Of a stretch of 64,000 nucleotides of DNA, positions 19,601 to 30,112 are shown piece after piece. The stretch spans positions 101,183 to 165,182 of the forward strand of contig JAPDJU010000006.1 of NCBI GenBank assembly GCA_029258915.1, written 5' to 3'. The first letter of the stretch is position 1; every line of letters begins with the position of its first letter. Origin of the DNA: Thermoproteota archaeon (lineage in GTDB: Archaea; Thermoproteota; Thermoprotei_A; EX4484-217-1). The position numbers were made by a program, and so were the translations under genes. Below the pieces are notes generated by a model. The model saw nothing but the letters and a program-made list of their open reading frames with translations. It made no database searches and had not been told where the DNA came from.

Positions 19601-20746
19601 TTGAAAGTAACCCTGGTATCAGATTGGCATCCTTTAAGCATAGGTGGTGTTCAAAGTCACGTAAGGTATTTAGCCAAGTTTTTAAAGGAGCAAGAATTAG
19701 AAGTACATATTATTTCTAGGAAAACTCATGCAACTATGGAAACCATGCCTGGTTCCATGAGCCAGCATAAATTCATATTTATAGATGCATTATTCCCTTT
19801 AAACACTATTTTTATACCTCCTAAGAAATCTAGACTTGAGAAGGTATTACGTGAAATAAGACCTGACATAGTGCATTCACACCATGCGTTTACACTGCTT
19901 TCTCTGCTTTCCCTAGAATTGGCGAGTAAACATCGTATTCCACGTGTTTTAACAAATCATAGTATAACTTTAGGTTATGAATATAGTTACTTATGGAAGC
20001 CATCATCAATATTTTTCACCCCAATAAAGCAGTGGCTGTCACATGCCAATGTAGTTATTTCTGTAAGCAAAGCAGCTGATAAGTTTATTTCAAACTTTTT
20101 GAAAAATACCATTAAACGACTAATTATACCTAATGGTGTAGATACTGAAAAGTATAAACCCCCGAAAGAACCTCCTAAAACCCCTACAGTACTCTTCATA
20201 GGGAGACTTGTCCATAGGAAAGGACCTCACTTACTCTTAAAGTCCTTTAAAAATGTTATACGTGAAGTACCTGAAGCCAAGTTGATTATTGTAGGTAGAG
20301 GGTATATGGAGACTATTCTTAGATCTATGGCTGCAGTATTAGACTTAAGAAGAAATATCGTTTTTAAAGGATTTGTCTCCGAGGAAGAGAAAATAAGTTT
20401 ACTAGGAAAAAGCATGGTCGTAGCTATACCTAGTATCTACGGCGAAAGCTTCGGCATTGTAGCTGTTGAAGCTTTTGCCACAGGAAATCCTGTTGTCGCT
20501 TTTAAAGTCGGCGGATTATCCGAAATAGTAGACCATGGTGTAAACGGTTTTTTAGTAAATACATGGAACATTAAAAGGTTCTCAGACTACTTAATAACCT
20601 TATTGCTTGATAGAAAATTACGTAGAAAAATGTCAGAGAGAGCTCGTGTAAAAGCTGAAAGAAATTATTCATGGAAAATAATTTCTAAGAGAATTTATAA
20701 AGTTTATTTAGCGTTACATTCAGAAAAGAGTTTATCTTTATGTTAA
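19601..20746 (+). CDS. Glycosyltransferase family 4 (GT-B)
   Basis: C-terminal ESFGIVAVEAFATGNPVVA with the E-x7-E motif; TTG start. Confidence 0.8.
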   Translation: MKVTLVSDWHPLSIGGVQSHVRYLAKFLKEQELEVHIISRKTHATMETMPGSMSQHKFIFIDALFPLNTIFIPPKKSRLEKVLREIRPDIVHSHHAFTLLSLLSLELASKHRIPRVLTNHSITLGYEYSYLWKPSSIFFTPIKQWLSHANVVISVSKAADKFISNFLKNTIKRLIIPNGVDTEKYKPPKEPPKTPTVLFIGRLVHRKGPHLLLKSFKNVIREVPEAKLIIVGRGYMETILRSMAAVLDLRRNIVFKGFVSEEEKISLLGKSMVVAIPSIYGESFGIVAVEAFATGNPVVAFKVGGLSEIVDHGVNGFLVNTWNIKRFSDYLITLLLDRKLRRKMSERARVKAERNYSWKIISKRIYKVYLALHSEKSLSLC

Positions 20747-20772
20747 TATAGGAAGCTTTCAGGGTTATATTT

Positions 20773-21276
20773 ATGGAAATAGTTCTAAAACCCATAGGCA
20801 TAGTACATACTAAGCTTAGCGATGAAGAAGTTAAAAACTCTTGGGAAGGAGTCGAAGGTGTAGTTGAAGTTTTTAGGGAATACGTGGAAGGATTGGAAGG
20901 CATCGAGGATTTTTCACATATAATAATCCTTGCATACTTACATAAAACTACAGAAAAACAGAAGAAAGTGTTAAAGGTTAGACATAGGAGACTTTTAAGA
21001 TTCGGTATTAAAATAGGGGATATTCCTGAAGTAGGTGTTTTCTGCACTGATTCACCTCATAGACCTAATCCTATAGCTTTAACTATTGTAGAGCTTGTTA
21101 AAAGAGATGGTAGATTTTTACATGTTAGAGGATTGGATTTATTTGATGGAACACCAGTGTTAGATATTAAACCGTATACACCAGACAGAGTTGTTGAGAA
21201 AATCAATGTTCCACAATGGTATAAAGTACTTGAGCAGAGGATTTTTGAGAAGTTTGGTAAAAAACTTCCAGTGTAA
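20773..21276 (+). CDS. tsaA: TsaA/TrmO-like tRNA methyltransferase (YaeB/UPF0066 family)
   Basis: RPNPIALTIVEL and DGTPVLDIKPY motifs of the TsaA fold. Confidence 0.7.
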   Translation: MEIVLKPIGIVHTKLSDEEVKNSWEGVEGVVEVFREYVEGLEGIEDFSHIIILAYLHKTTEKQKKVLKVRHRRLLRFGIKIGDIPEVGVFCTDSPHRPNPIALTIVELVKRDGRFLHVRGLDLFDGTPVLDIKPYTPDRVVEKINVPQWYKVLEQRIFEKFGKKLPV

Positions 21277-21288
21277 ATTTAAGGTACA

Positions 21289-22116
21289 TTATTCACCATA
21301 CCTGCTTCTTTGCTCCATATAAAATTCTTTTAGATTCTCAAATGAAAGCTTATATGGTTCTTTAGCGTAACCTATAGGCATTATGTATAGTGGATGATAG
21401 TTTAAAGGCACACCTAATATTTCTCTTACTTGATCATCGTAGAACGCCCCTACAGCAACTGTGCCTAAACCTAAAACACAGGATTGCAGGTAAACGTTCT
21501 GTCCTACATGGCCAACTTCCATGTGAACATATCTATAACCTCTATCACCATACCTAGCAGTAGTTCTCTCATAAATAGCAACAATAATCAAATTAATCAT
21601 AGCATCCCTTACCCAGCGTTGGTTCAAAGCAGCTTTTGCTAACTCCTCACTAAAGTCACCTGTTTTTACAGGTTCCAAAGCATGAAGGAAAACATTGTAG
21701 TGATATATTCCGGCTTTTAAACCTATAACACCACCTTCCTTAACTACAACATATACTTCTAAAGGATAGGTTGCACCAGCTGAAGGCGCTGTTCTGAATC
21801 CTCGCCTAACCTCGTTAATGCCTTGTGCAGCCCATAATACTTGAGCTAAGACCTTCAGAGACAAAGGTTTATCAGAGTATCCTCTAATACTTCTTCTCAT
21901 GGATAAGGCTTCTTCTAAACTTACTTCACCTTTAAGCTTAGGTAGAGGCAAATAAACTAATGTCTTATTTTCCACATAAACTTCTCCAACTTCAGGTTTA
22001 CGTTCAGGAATAGAGAATATTTCTAAGACCTTATAAGTCACGATTACCAATGAAATACAAACTATAACCATAGCTAAGAGAGCCAAAAACTTTACAACTT
22101 TAATATCCCATATCAA
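21289..22116 (-). CDS. SagB-type dehydrogenase / nitroreductase-family protein with N-terminal membrane anchor
   Basis: Hydrophobic N-terminal helix, then nitroreductase-fold motifs RRSIRGY and PSAGATYPLEVY. Confidence 0.6.
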   Translation of the reverse strand: MIWDIKVVKFLALLAMVIVCISLVIVTYKVLEIFSIPERKPEVGEVYVENKTLVYLPLPKLKGEVSLEEALSMRRSIRGYSDKPLSLKVLAQVLWAAQGINEVRRGFRTAPSAGATYPLEVYVVVKEGGVIGLKAGIYHYNVFLHALEPVKTGDFSEELAKAALNQRWVRDAMINLIIVAIYERTTARYGDRGYRYVHMEVGHVGQNVYLQSCVLGLGTVAVGAFYDDQVREILGVPLNYHPLYIMPIGYAKEPYKLSFENLKEFYMEQRSRYGE

Positions 22117-22187
22117 ATTTCAAACCCTGACTTTTTTTTTACTTCATACAAAAATAGATAAAAGTAATTTAAAAATAGTTTAGAAAC

Positions 22188-22388
22188 GTGAAGAACATGG
22201 TAAGTTATCATTACATTGATGCTATAATAACCTTCATCCTCCTCTGCCTATCAATGATAACTGGTATACTCTTATTACTTGTAAAAAACCTTAAAGTAAG
22301 AAGAACTATACTGATATTACACATAATCTTCTCTATGTCAGCGTTCATAGCCTTTGTTATAACATTTCTAAGAGCTCCAAGAATCTAA
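22188..22388 (+). CDS. Small membrane protein (66 aa, two predicted TM helices)
   Basis: ORF only; hydrophobic. Confidence 0.3.
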   Translation: MKNMVSYHYIDAIITFILLCLSMITGILLLLVKNLKVRRTILILHIIFSMSAFIAFVITFLRAPRI

Positions 22389-22478
22389 TGAGAATTGTAA
22401 TTCATAGTTAAGGTTAAGTGTTCTTTTAAATATGCTCTACACTTATTTTGGAGTGAGAAAAATTATCTGGGGAAATAT

Positions 22479-23993
22479 ATGAAACTTATTGGTGTTGTAG
22501 GTAGCGGCTCTACAATAGTATACGCTCCTCTCATAGTTTATGAAGAAGCTGAAAAATATGCTAAGGAAGAACAGCTCGTTATTATTGAAGACACATGGAG
22601 AAACATAAAGTTTCTAGGTATTTTAAGAAATGTTAAAAGATATGAGCCATTCTTAAACATATACCGTAGAACGAGTTTCGTAGATAATCCATCGCTTGTA
22701 GAAAGTGGTACATTACCCCATACCGGAGCTTATATTTCAATCATAGGAGCACTTAGAGCTTTTAAGCTAGAGAGTGTAGAAATACCTCCAAATCCTGGTT
22801 CCAGAGTTTACGTTGTAGAGGGTAAAGAAGATTTGAAAGTTAACTTAGGTAGGGGTCTTGTAGTTGGTGTTCATAAGTATAGCGGTGTTGAAATACCTTT
22901 AACCCCTGAAAGCATACCTTTTCACGTAGCTGTTGTTGGAGCTACTGGAACAGGTAAGTCAAGACTTGTAAAAGCACTCATAGATGAAATACTTAACGAA
23001 ACAGGCTATAGAGTTATTGTTTTCGATCATGCAGGAGTAGATTATGTCCCATACTATAGAGACTACGTTGCCCAGGCTTCTAAAATAGTCTTAGATGTTT
23101 CGGTGATCTCTGATCTAATACTTGAGAGAACAGGGCTAGACCGTAGAACATATGAATCCTATATTTTACTTTCAACCCTATGGTATGCTTTTAACAAAGT
23201 ATTTCCAAAGCTGAGTAGAGAGGAAATAGAAAAGCTCGGAGTAGCTGAGCTTCGAAAAGGCTTTACATATAATGTTTTATCTAAATTAGTAAGCTTAATA
23301 GATTATGGTGAATTAACAAGGTTCATGGCGAAATACCCTATAGAATGGAGGTCATCAGAATATAGGGATTATGCTTTAAAAGTAATTGATCTTTTAAAGG
23401 GGAGAGAAAGTGCTAAAGTAAGACTTGGAATATCATTAGATGTTAGATTGGGTGAAGGGTTTTTCAAATCATTAAGCGGAAGAAATGTTCTGCCATCAGA
23501 CATAGTTGATTTAGCGTTTAGACAAAAACTTGTTGTCATAGATTTGAGCATGGAAGACCCTATTGTTAAGAAGTATGTTGTTTCAACAGTAATCAATGAA
23601 GTTTGGAAAAAAGTAGAAGAAAAACAAGAATCAGTAAACATTGTTGCTGTAATCGATGAAGCACACAACTATGCATGTAGATACTGCGGCGAACCACACA
23701 AAGCCATAACTAGAACATCTAGGGAAGGTAGGAAATGGGGTTTCGGATTAATACTTGCAACTCAAAGAGCAATAGACATAGACCCTGAGATTAGAGGAAA
23801 CATTAACACATGGTTCTTCAGTAAACTTCAAACACCATCGGACTTTAACGAAATATCGGCATTCATGAATCTTGCAGGAATAAGCGAATCTTCGCTAGCC
23901 ATTTTGGAGAAAAGAGAATTCTACATAGCAGGCCTCATGAACCCGTTAAGAATTCCTGTTTTAATTAAAGTAAAAGAGGTACCTTTACCATGA
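22479..23993 (+). CDS. herA: HerA-type (FtsK/HerA superfamily) hexameric DNA helicase/ATPase
   Basis: HAS-barrel-like N-terminus, Walker A VVGATGTGKSR, Walker B VIDEAHNY and C-terminal ILATQRAIDID. Confidence 0.7.
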   Translation: MKLIGVVGSGSTIVYAPLIVYEEAEKYAKEEQLVIIEDTWRNIKFLGILRNVKRYEPFLNIYRRTSFVDNPSLVESGTLPHTGAYISIIGALRAFKLESVEIPPNPGSRVYVVEGKEDLKVNLGRGLVVGVHKYSGVEIPLTPESIPFHVAVVGATGTGKSRLVKALIDEILNETGYRVIVFDHAGVDYVPYYRDYVAQASKIVLDVSVISDLILERTGLDRRTYESYILLSTLWYAFNKVFPKLSREEIEKLGVAELRKGFTYNVLSKLVSLIDYGELTRFMAKYPIEWRSSEYRDYALKVIDLLKGRESAKVRLGISLDVRLGEGFFKSLSGRNVLPSDIVDLAFRQKLVVIDLSMEDPIVKKYVVSTVINEVWKKVEEKQESVNIVAVIDEAHNYACRYCGEPHKAITRTSREGRKWGFGLILATQRAIDIDPEIRGNINTWFFSKLQTPSDFNEISAFMNLAGISESSLAILEKREFYIAGLMNPLRIPVLIKVKEVPLP

Positions 23994-25162
23994 TAAGTGA
24001 AGAACGTGTTCCTGAAGAGGTTTTCGAAGAACCAGTAGTTTCTCTAGCTAAAGAAACTGTAGCTTTAGAAGCTAAAAGAATAGCAAGTATTGCTAGTAGC
24101 GAAAGATTAAGGGAAATAAGGAGCAAACTTGAAAGCCAAGGACTAATATTTAGAATTTCCAAAAGAAAACCTCATAAAATATGTAGTGTTGCATTAGATA
24201 CAAGCTTCACGGATCCACCATTAGAACTAACTGGAGGTAAATTAATAACAGTTATAAGATCCCATATATTTTACGGCTGCAGGCCTAAGAAAAATTCTAG
24301 AGCAGATAGTAAAGGGTTTTTAAGATTTGTTCAAGAATTCGAAGATTTAGCTAAAGTGTACTCTAAAATTATTGAGAGAAAATTTGTGATAGAACTCCTC
24401 AGAGATGTTAAAAACGGAAGAGAACAATTAGACCTAGTAATGATTGATGGAGAAATTTTCCCAAGAATACCTCCTGCACTAAGATTTAGAAAGCATGGTA
24501 CAATATCTAGGTTATATCAGAAGTACTTAGATTTAACAGGGGAAATGCTTGAATTAGCAGATGAAACCGATGTAGCGATAGTCGGTATTGTTAAAAGAGC
24601 TTATGGACTAGATATACCTATTGTAGCGGATATGCCGGGTCTAAATATTAATGATAAAGCTCTCGCAACGTACATATTAAATCCTGGGGAATGGATTGAT
24701 CTAAAATCGTACTCTGAAGTAGCTTGCTACATAGAGGAGTTCATTAAGAAACATGAAAATGAACTTCCAAAAAGCACTCTTAGAAGACTTAGGGAGAGAG
24801 ATCGATGGATTGTTGGCGTACTTGAATATGTAGACCGTGCTCCAGATGTTGAGCTTGCCGTTTACAAGTCTTCTACACCAACTTTCTTCATGTTAGCTAC
24901 CAAGGTTGAATTATTTATAAGCCAGAAACTCCTGAAAGAACAAATAATATCTTATCTATCTAACATAACAGGAATCAATGGAGTACCTCATCCAATAGAC
25001 CTTGTAGATTCTATGTGTAGGATAACACCTGACTTGCTCCAAATATTTCAGCAACAACTGTACAAAGAGCTTATGGTTAAGCTTAAAGATCAAAAGTTGG
25101 CTATGAGCTTAGCTGGCTTAATAAACCCTGAAAAAATGTATAGAATAGGGTTTAAGGGTTAG
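23990..25162 (+). CDS. nurA: NurA-like 5'-3' nuclease
   Basis: NurA-type acidic motifs (VALDTSF, DLVMIDGEI); start overlaps the herA stop by 4 nt (ATGA). Confidence 0.6.
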   Translation: MISEERVPEEVFEEPVVSLAKETVALEAKRIASIASSERLREIRSKLESQGLIFRISKRKPHKICSVALDTSFTDPPLELTGGKLITVIRSHIFYGCRPKKNSRADSKGFLRFVQEFEDLAKVYSKIIERKFVIELLRDVKNGREQLDLVMIDGEIFPRIPPALRFRKHGTISRLYQKYLDLTGEMLELADETDVAIVGIVKRAYGLDIPIVADMPGLNINDKALATYILNPGEWIDLKSYSEVACYIEEFIKKHENELPKSTLRRLRERDRWIVGVLEYVDRAPDVELAVYKSSTPTFFMLATKVELFISQKLLKEQIISYLSNITGINGVPHPIDLVDSMCRITPDLLQIFQQQLYKELMVKLKDQKLAMSLAGLINPEKMYRIGFKG

Positions 25163-26787
25163 GTTTCCATATAAGGCCATTTCCATTTCTTTGACGGGTT
25201 AAGATTTTCTTTTATTGCTCTTAAAGTAACCCATTTAAGTAGGTTAAGCCACCATCCGGCTTTATCATTTGTACCTGAAGCTCTAGAGCCTCCAAAAGGC
25301 TGCCTATTAACTATTGCTCCAGTTGGTTTATCATTTATATAGAAGTTTCCGGCAGCCCATCTTAAAATTCTTTCAGCAATCATTATTGCTTCACGGTCTT
25401 TAGCAAAAATAGAGCCTGTTAAACCGTAGGGTGATGTTTCATTGCAAAGCCTTAGTGTCTCCCCATATTTATCATCATCATAAACATATACTGTAAGTAC
25501 TGGTCCGAAAATTTCTTCTTCCATAAGCTTTCCTTTAGGTTTCTTGGAAACTACTATCGTTGGCCATACGAAGTATCCTTTGCTATCATCGTATTTTCCA
25601 CCGTAAACTATTTCGTATTCTTCGGGATGTTCTTTAGCATATTCGATATAGCTTACAACTTTGTTAAAAGCTTCTCTAGTTATTAATGCTCCCATGAAGT
25701 TTGTAAAGTCTTCAACCTCGCCTACTTTAACTTTTCCAAGTTCTCTAAATAATTTCTCTTTAAGTTTAGGCCATAGGCTTTTCGGAACATATAGTCTTGA
25801 TGCTGCAGAGCATTTTTGGCCTTGATATTCAAAAGCTCCTCTAATAATAGCTACAACGGCTTCATCAATGTCTGCTGATTTATGCAAGAATATGAAGTCT
25901 TTGCCTCCTGTTTCTCCGACTATTCTTGGAAATGACTTATAAGTCCAGATATTTTCTCCAATAGTTTTCCATATTTTCTTAAATGTTTCAGTGCTTCCAG
26001 TAAAATGTACTCCGGCCAGGTTTGGATTGGAGAAAACTATTTTAGCTATTCTCTCAGCATTTCCCGGTATGAAGTTTATTACTCCTGGAGGTAAACCTGC
26101 TTCTTCAAGTATTTTCATTATGTAGTAGTTTGAATAAACAACTGGTGTTGAAGGCTTCCAGACAACAACATTTCCCATCAGTGCTGGCGCTGTTGGCAAA
26201 TTACCGCCTATTGAGAAGAAGTTAAACGGTGTTATTGCAAAAACAAATCCTTCAAGAGGTCTCCAGTCTATTCTATTAAGCTCTCCAGTAAGTGATTCAG
26301 GTTGTTGTTCGTAAAGAAATCTCATATAGTATGCGTTGAAACGCCAGAAATCAACAAGTTCAACAAGATCTATTTCAGCCTCTCTAGGTGTTTTGCTTTG
26401 GCAAAGCATTATTGCAGCGTTAACTTCAAAACGATATGGGCCTGCAAGCAGCTCTGCTGCTTTAAGGAAGATCATTGCTCTATAATACCAATCCATATTA
26501 GCCCATTTATCCCGCGCTTTAAGAGCTTCATCAATAGCTTTCTCAACATGCTCCTCTAACGCCTTATGGTAGTAGCCAAGTATTAATGATTTGTTATGTG
26601 GACAGCTGCAAACCCCAAGTTCTCCTGACTTAACTTTCTTACCTCCAATAACTAGAGGGACCTCCACTTTCCTACTTTTAAGTTCATTAAGCTTTTTCAA
26701 TAACTCCTCTCTTTCCTTGGTTCCTGGAGCGTACGTTAGGATAGGTTCATTCTTAGGTTTAGGTATTTGAAAAACTCCAGTGGACAA
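25159..26787 (-). CDS. Aldehyde dehydrogenase, 1-pyrroline-5-carboxylate dehydrogenase-like
   Basis: ALDH catalytic region EIFGPVL and P5CDH-like N-terminal segment; 542 aa. Confidence 0.75.
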   Translation of the reverse strand: MSTGVFQIPKPKNEPILTYAPGTKEREELLKKLNELKSRKVEVPLVIGGKKVKSGELGVCSCPHNKSLILGYYHKALEEHVEKAIDEALKARDKWANMDWYYRAMIFLKAAELLAGPYRFEVNAAIMLCQSKTPREAEIDLVELVDFWRFNAYYMRFLYEQQPESLTGELNRIDWRPLEGFVFAITPFNFFSIGGNLPTAPALMGNVVVWKPSTPVVYSNYYIMKILEEAGLPPGVINFIPGNAERIAKIVFSNPNLAGVHFTGSTETFKKIWKTIGENIWTYKSFPRIVGETGGKDFIFLHKSADIDEAVVAIIRGAFEYQGQKCSAASRLYVPKSLWPKLKEKLFRELGKVKVGEVEDFTNFMGALITREAFNKVVSYIEYAKEHPEEYEIVYGGKYDDSKGYFVWPTIVVSKKPKGKLMEEEIFGPVLTVYVYDDDKYGETLRLCNETSPYGLTGSIFAKDREAIMIAERILRWAAGNFYINDKPTGAIVNRQPFGGSRASGTNDKAGWWLNLLKWVTLRAIKENLNPSKKWKWPYMET

Positions 26788-26890
26788 TACGGTTTCACCA
26801 GAATAAACTATAGGTAAGTACCTCTTAAAATGTAATATTATTAGAAGAGAAATAGAAAACTAATTGACTATAAACATTGTTGTAAGCGAA

Positions 26891-27229
26891 TCACTCATAA
26901 CCAGCAACTTTTAAATAGTAGCCGAATTCTTTTTTAGGTCCGAAACTTTGAAGACCTTTTTCTTTAAGTTGTTTTCTAATTTTTTCTGCTTCCTTATGGG
27001 ATAGTTCTCCACGTTTTTCAAGGAAATCAACGACTTCAAGTGCTTGCTCTATAGTGTCTGCTCTCCTTATGAAATCGTAGACGTTAGGGTCGTATCCTCT
27101 CCAAGGGTCTTTAACTCTAACACCTATTCTAAAATGGGTACTGCCTTTACCACCAAGAACTTCTTTAGCTAGATGTGGAAAGCGCTTCTTAAACTCCTCA
27201 ATATCCCATATTTTGCTCATACCTTGCAT
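26891..27229 (-). CDS. Conserved hypothetical protein
   Basis: 112-aa charged ORF with no confident motif. Confidence 0.35.
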   Translation of the reverse strand: MQGMSKIWDIEEFKKRFPHLAKEVLGGKGSTHFRIGVRVKDPWRGYDPNVYDFIRRADTIEQALEVVDFLEKRGELSHKEAEKIRKQLKEKGLQSFGPKKEFGYYLKVAGYE

Positions 27230-27284
27230 ACCTATTTAAACTCGCGTAACCAAGACTAATAAGCTTATTAGCTTACAAAGTTTT

Positions 27285-27929
27285 CTAAACTATAGTTAAT
27301 ATGTCCTCAACTTTTTCAACAACATAATCAGGTCTATGCTTAAGTAGTTCATCCCTACTTGAAAAACCGTAAAGCACAGCTATAGTTTTTAGGTTAAGAA
27401 CTTTTCCTGCTTTAATGTCGTCTACACTGTCACCAATAATTACAGCGTTTTTAACATTAAATTTTCTTATAATTTCCTTTACTGTTCTTAATTTGTCAGG
27501 GCTATTAGGTACATAAACCATGTCAAAGTATTTATCTAAGTTTAAATGTTTAAGCTCATCTAGAACAAATTTAGAAACAAGTACACGGCCAGTAGTTAGA
27601 ACCAGTATGTAACCTTTCCTCTTAAGCTCTTCTAAAACCTTATAGACACCTGGTGTGGCTTTAATGTTTTCTAAGTGAGTTTTAGAATATATACGCGTAA
27701 AAACTTCTAACACTGTTTCCGGATTAGGTCTTCTATTAGGAGGAAACTTTGATAATATCATAGGAAGCCATATTTTTGGAGTGTGTTTAGCCATATATTC
27801 AAAATCTTCTTCGCTAAAACCTTTTAAACCAAGTTTTTTAACAAGCTCCTTTAAAGACTTTTTAAATACATCAAATGTCTGAACCACTGTACCATCATAG
27901 TCAAATATAATCAACTTTGCACCTTTCAT
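27285..27929 (-). CDS. HAD-superfamily hydrolase (phosphatase)
   Basis: Motif I FDYDGTVV and C-terminal GDSVDD motif. Confidence 0.7.
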   Translation of the reverse strand: MKGAKLIIFDYDGTVVQTFDVFKKSLKELVKKLGLKGFSEEDFEYMAKHTPKIWLPMILSKFPPNRRPNPETVLEVFTRIYSKTHLENIKATPGVYKVLEELKRKGYILVLTTGRVLVSKFVLDELKHLNLDKYFDMVYVPNSPDKLRTVKEIIRKFNVKNAVIIGDSVDDIKAGKVLNLKTIAVLYGFSSRDELLKHRPDYVVEKVEDILTIV

Positions 27930-28102
27930 GAAAACCCCTACTAAAAGCTACAGTATTATGGGTAATTGAATAATAAATAAACATAGCGCCTAACATTGTT
28001 TAAGCCGGAACCTCTCCACTTTATACTGTCGTACTAATGTGGCCTCTAATTCTTTGCCCTTGCTTCTACTTAAATGCCTTGTAAAGGTTAAGCTATTATC
28101 TA

Positions 28103-28672
28103 TTACCATACTCCAAGAATTCCCAGTAATAATCCTATTAGTGCCGATATTATTATTGAAAACAATGGATGTATTTTAAGCACTGACACTGAAATTATCA
28201 TAAATATAATTATTGATACAGCTGCTACTAATTGAGGTATTTTCGGTAGCGTTGTATATGTTCCTTTTACTGTCGTAATTAATGCCAGGATTATTAGCCC
28301 TATGACTGCTGCTTTTAGCCCATTTAATGTTGCTTGAACAAACCTGTTAGTAATGTATATTGCAAGCGCATAGGCTATCAGTGACACTATTGTAAATGGT
28401 GGTAATATAACAGCTAGAGTAGCTGTAAAAGCGCCTAATGGACCTGCAAGTTTGAAACCAACATAAGTAGCAGCGTTAACAGCCACAGGTCCTGGCGTAG
28501 AACCAGCAATAGCAACTAAGTCTAAATACTCTGACCTAGATAACCACCCTGTTTCTTCAACAACTTCCCTTTCAATAATCGGTAATATAGCCCAGCCACC
28601 GCCGAAACCGACAATACCAACCTTAAGAAACCTAACAAACAATTCTAAAAGTAACGGAAGCCCCATCACCAC
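28103..28672 (-). CDS. chrA: Chromate transporter ChrA-type half-size subunit
   Basis: GFGGGWAILPIIE signature in a polytopic membrane protein of about 190 aa. Confidence 0.7.
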   Translation of the reverse strand: MVMGLPLLLELFVRFLKVGIVGFGGGWAILPIIEREVVEETGWLSRSEYLDLVAIAGSTPGPVAVNAATYVGFKLAGPLGAFTATLAVILPPFTIVSLIAYALAIYITNRFVQATLNGLKAAVIGLIILALITTVKGTYTTLPKIPQLVAAVSIIIFMIISVSVLKIHPLFSIIISALIGLLLGILGVW

Positions 28673-28940
28673 TACCCTAGACTTGATTTTCTATCACAAG
28701 ATACTATTAAAGATTTCACGTAAAGATATAGTGTCTCAATTGTTTAATCCTTCATAGACAGGTATTCGAAGCAAAGGCATAAAGCTTAAAAATCATATAG
28801 TTAATCGAAATATAAAACTCATTTTATAGAATAATATTACCCGTATAGCTGGTAATTATAAGTGCTTAGAATTATAGGTGATACTGTTTAAAGCATAGTA
28901 AGGTTATTAAGAAATAAATAGAAGGTAGAGGACAGGTTTA

Positions 28941-29477
28941 ATGCCAGTATTGGATTCTGTTTTCTCACTTACTCCTTCAGCAAACACTACTTTTACCTTA
29001 CTAGCATACTTAATCCCAGTACTCGGAATATTAATTGCAACTAACATTATGATTATTAGGAGCAAGGCAATTAAAGGTTTATATCCCATATTAGTAGGCT
29101 ATTTAATAGTAGGTTTAGTTTTTGGTGCATGCTTAATCCCCCAACTTTACTTTTCAAAAATAATTGTAGGTGAGGGGTTCGTTGAAGCTTATGTTTCAGG
29201 AATAATTCCTCTACATAGGAAGGTGTTTAGAGAACACATTGAAAATGCCTATGTATGTGATGTAGATACATGTTTAGGAGGTTTCAGCTATAGAACTTGG
29301 GGAACAAGTATTGGAAACTTTGCTGTAGGGTATTTTAAACTTCCAAACGGCAAAGAAGCCTATGTTGCATCCATAGATTCTCATGGAGAGAACATAATTG
29401 TTGAACTTAAGGATGGAACATATTTAGTATTAAAACCTTCTAACTTCAAAGAATTCTTAAAAGTATTTTCAAAGTAA
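28941..29477 (+). CDS. Membrane protein with C-terminal soluble domain; unknown function
   Basis: Two N-terminal TM helices, then a Cys-containing domain ending EAYVASIDSHGENIIVELKDGTYLVLKPSNFKEFLKVFSK. Confidence 0.4.
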   Translation: MPVLDSVFSLTPSANTTFTLLAYLIPVLGILIATNIMIIRSKAIKGLYPILVGYLIVGLVFGACLIPQLYFSKIIVGEGFVEAYVSGIIPLHRKVFREHIENAYVCDVDTCLGGFSYRTWGTSIGNFAVGYFKLPNGKEAYVASIDSHGENIIVELKDGTYLVLKPSNFKEFLKVFSK

Positions 29478-29530
29478 AATTGTGGGAATAAAGTATTAGA
29501 GGTGATTTTTGAAAGAACATTTCCAAAAGC

Positions 29531-30010
29531 ATGTATTTTATCTTGTTCCTCCAGATAAGTACAAAGTTATCCGCCTATTGTTACTGTTAGCACCTCCCAT
29601 TTTCATGCTTGCTACTGCATTTGTTACGAACATACATGATACCCTACGATTTTTAGGTCGAAAATAATTTTGGAAAACGATTTAGTTAAGATAGTAATGC
29701 CGGGTCTAATAAGTTTTAGAGAAAGTGTTTCCAGAAGTGAAGTTAAGGAGACCTATATATGTGAAGTCAGTAAATGTATTGGAGCGTTCTATTTAAGGTT
29801 GTATGGATTATCTGTCCCGGGGATAATTGCTGTTGGATTGTTTAGGTTTTCGAAAGGTATTGAAGCTTATGTTGCTTCAGTGAAGCCGCTAGGTGAAAAC
29901 ATAGTTGCGAAAATACATGAAAAGTAATATCTCATTCTTAGACCGTACAATTTTTGAGGAATTCGTGAAAGTATTTTCAGAGAAAGTAGCTCCTGTTATG
30001 AAAAAGACGC
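29531..30010 (+). pseudogene. Decayed tandem paralog of the 28941-29477 gene
   Basis: Frame-shifted N-terminal similarity (LAPPIFMLATAFVTNI vs LIPVLGILIATNI); ORF 29670-29927 aligns to the parent C-terminus, then in-frame TAA and TGA interrupt YLILRPYNF (parent YLVLKPSNFK). Confidence 0.45.
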
Positions 30011-30112
30011 AGACTAAATATTTTGTTAGCTAAAATCGAATAGTGTTTTCTGTTTAGACTTCATTCTCTTATACATTTCCTCTAACGATCTTAGTCTATC
30101 CAGTAAATTCTA

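Noticed and set aside
22479-23993. HerA-like ATPase as a conjugative VirB4/TraC-type or FtsK-type ATPase
   Set aside because: HAS-barrel-like N-terminus, protein size and the overlapping NurA-like gene fit HerA better; no other conjugation genes nearby.
28103-28940. Second half-size chrA gene expected beside the first
   Set aside because: The flanking 170-270 bp contain no ORF with ChrA motifs; only one copy is present in this window.
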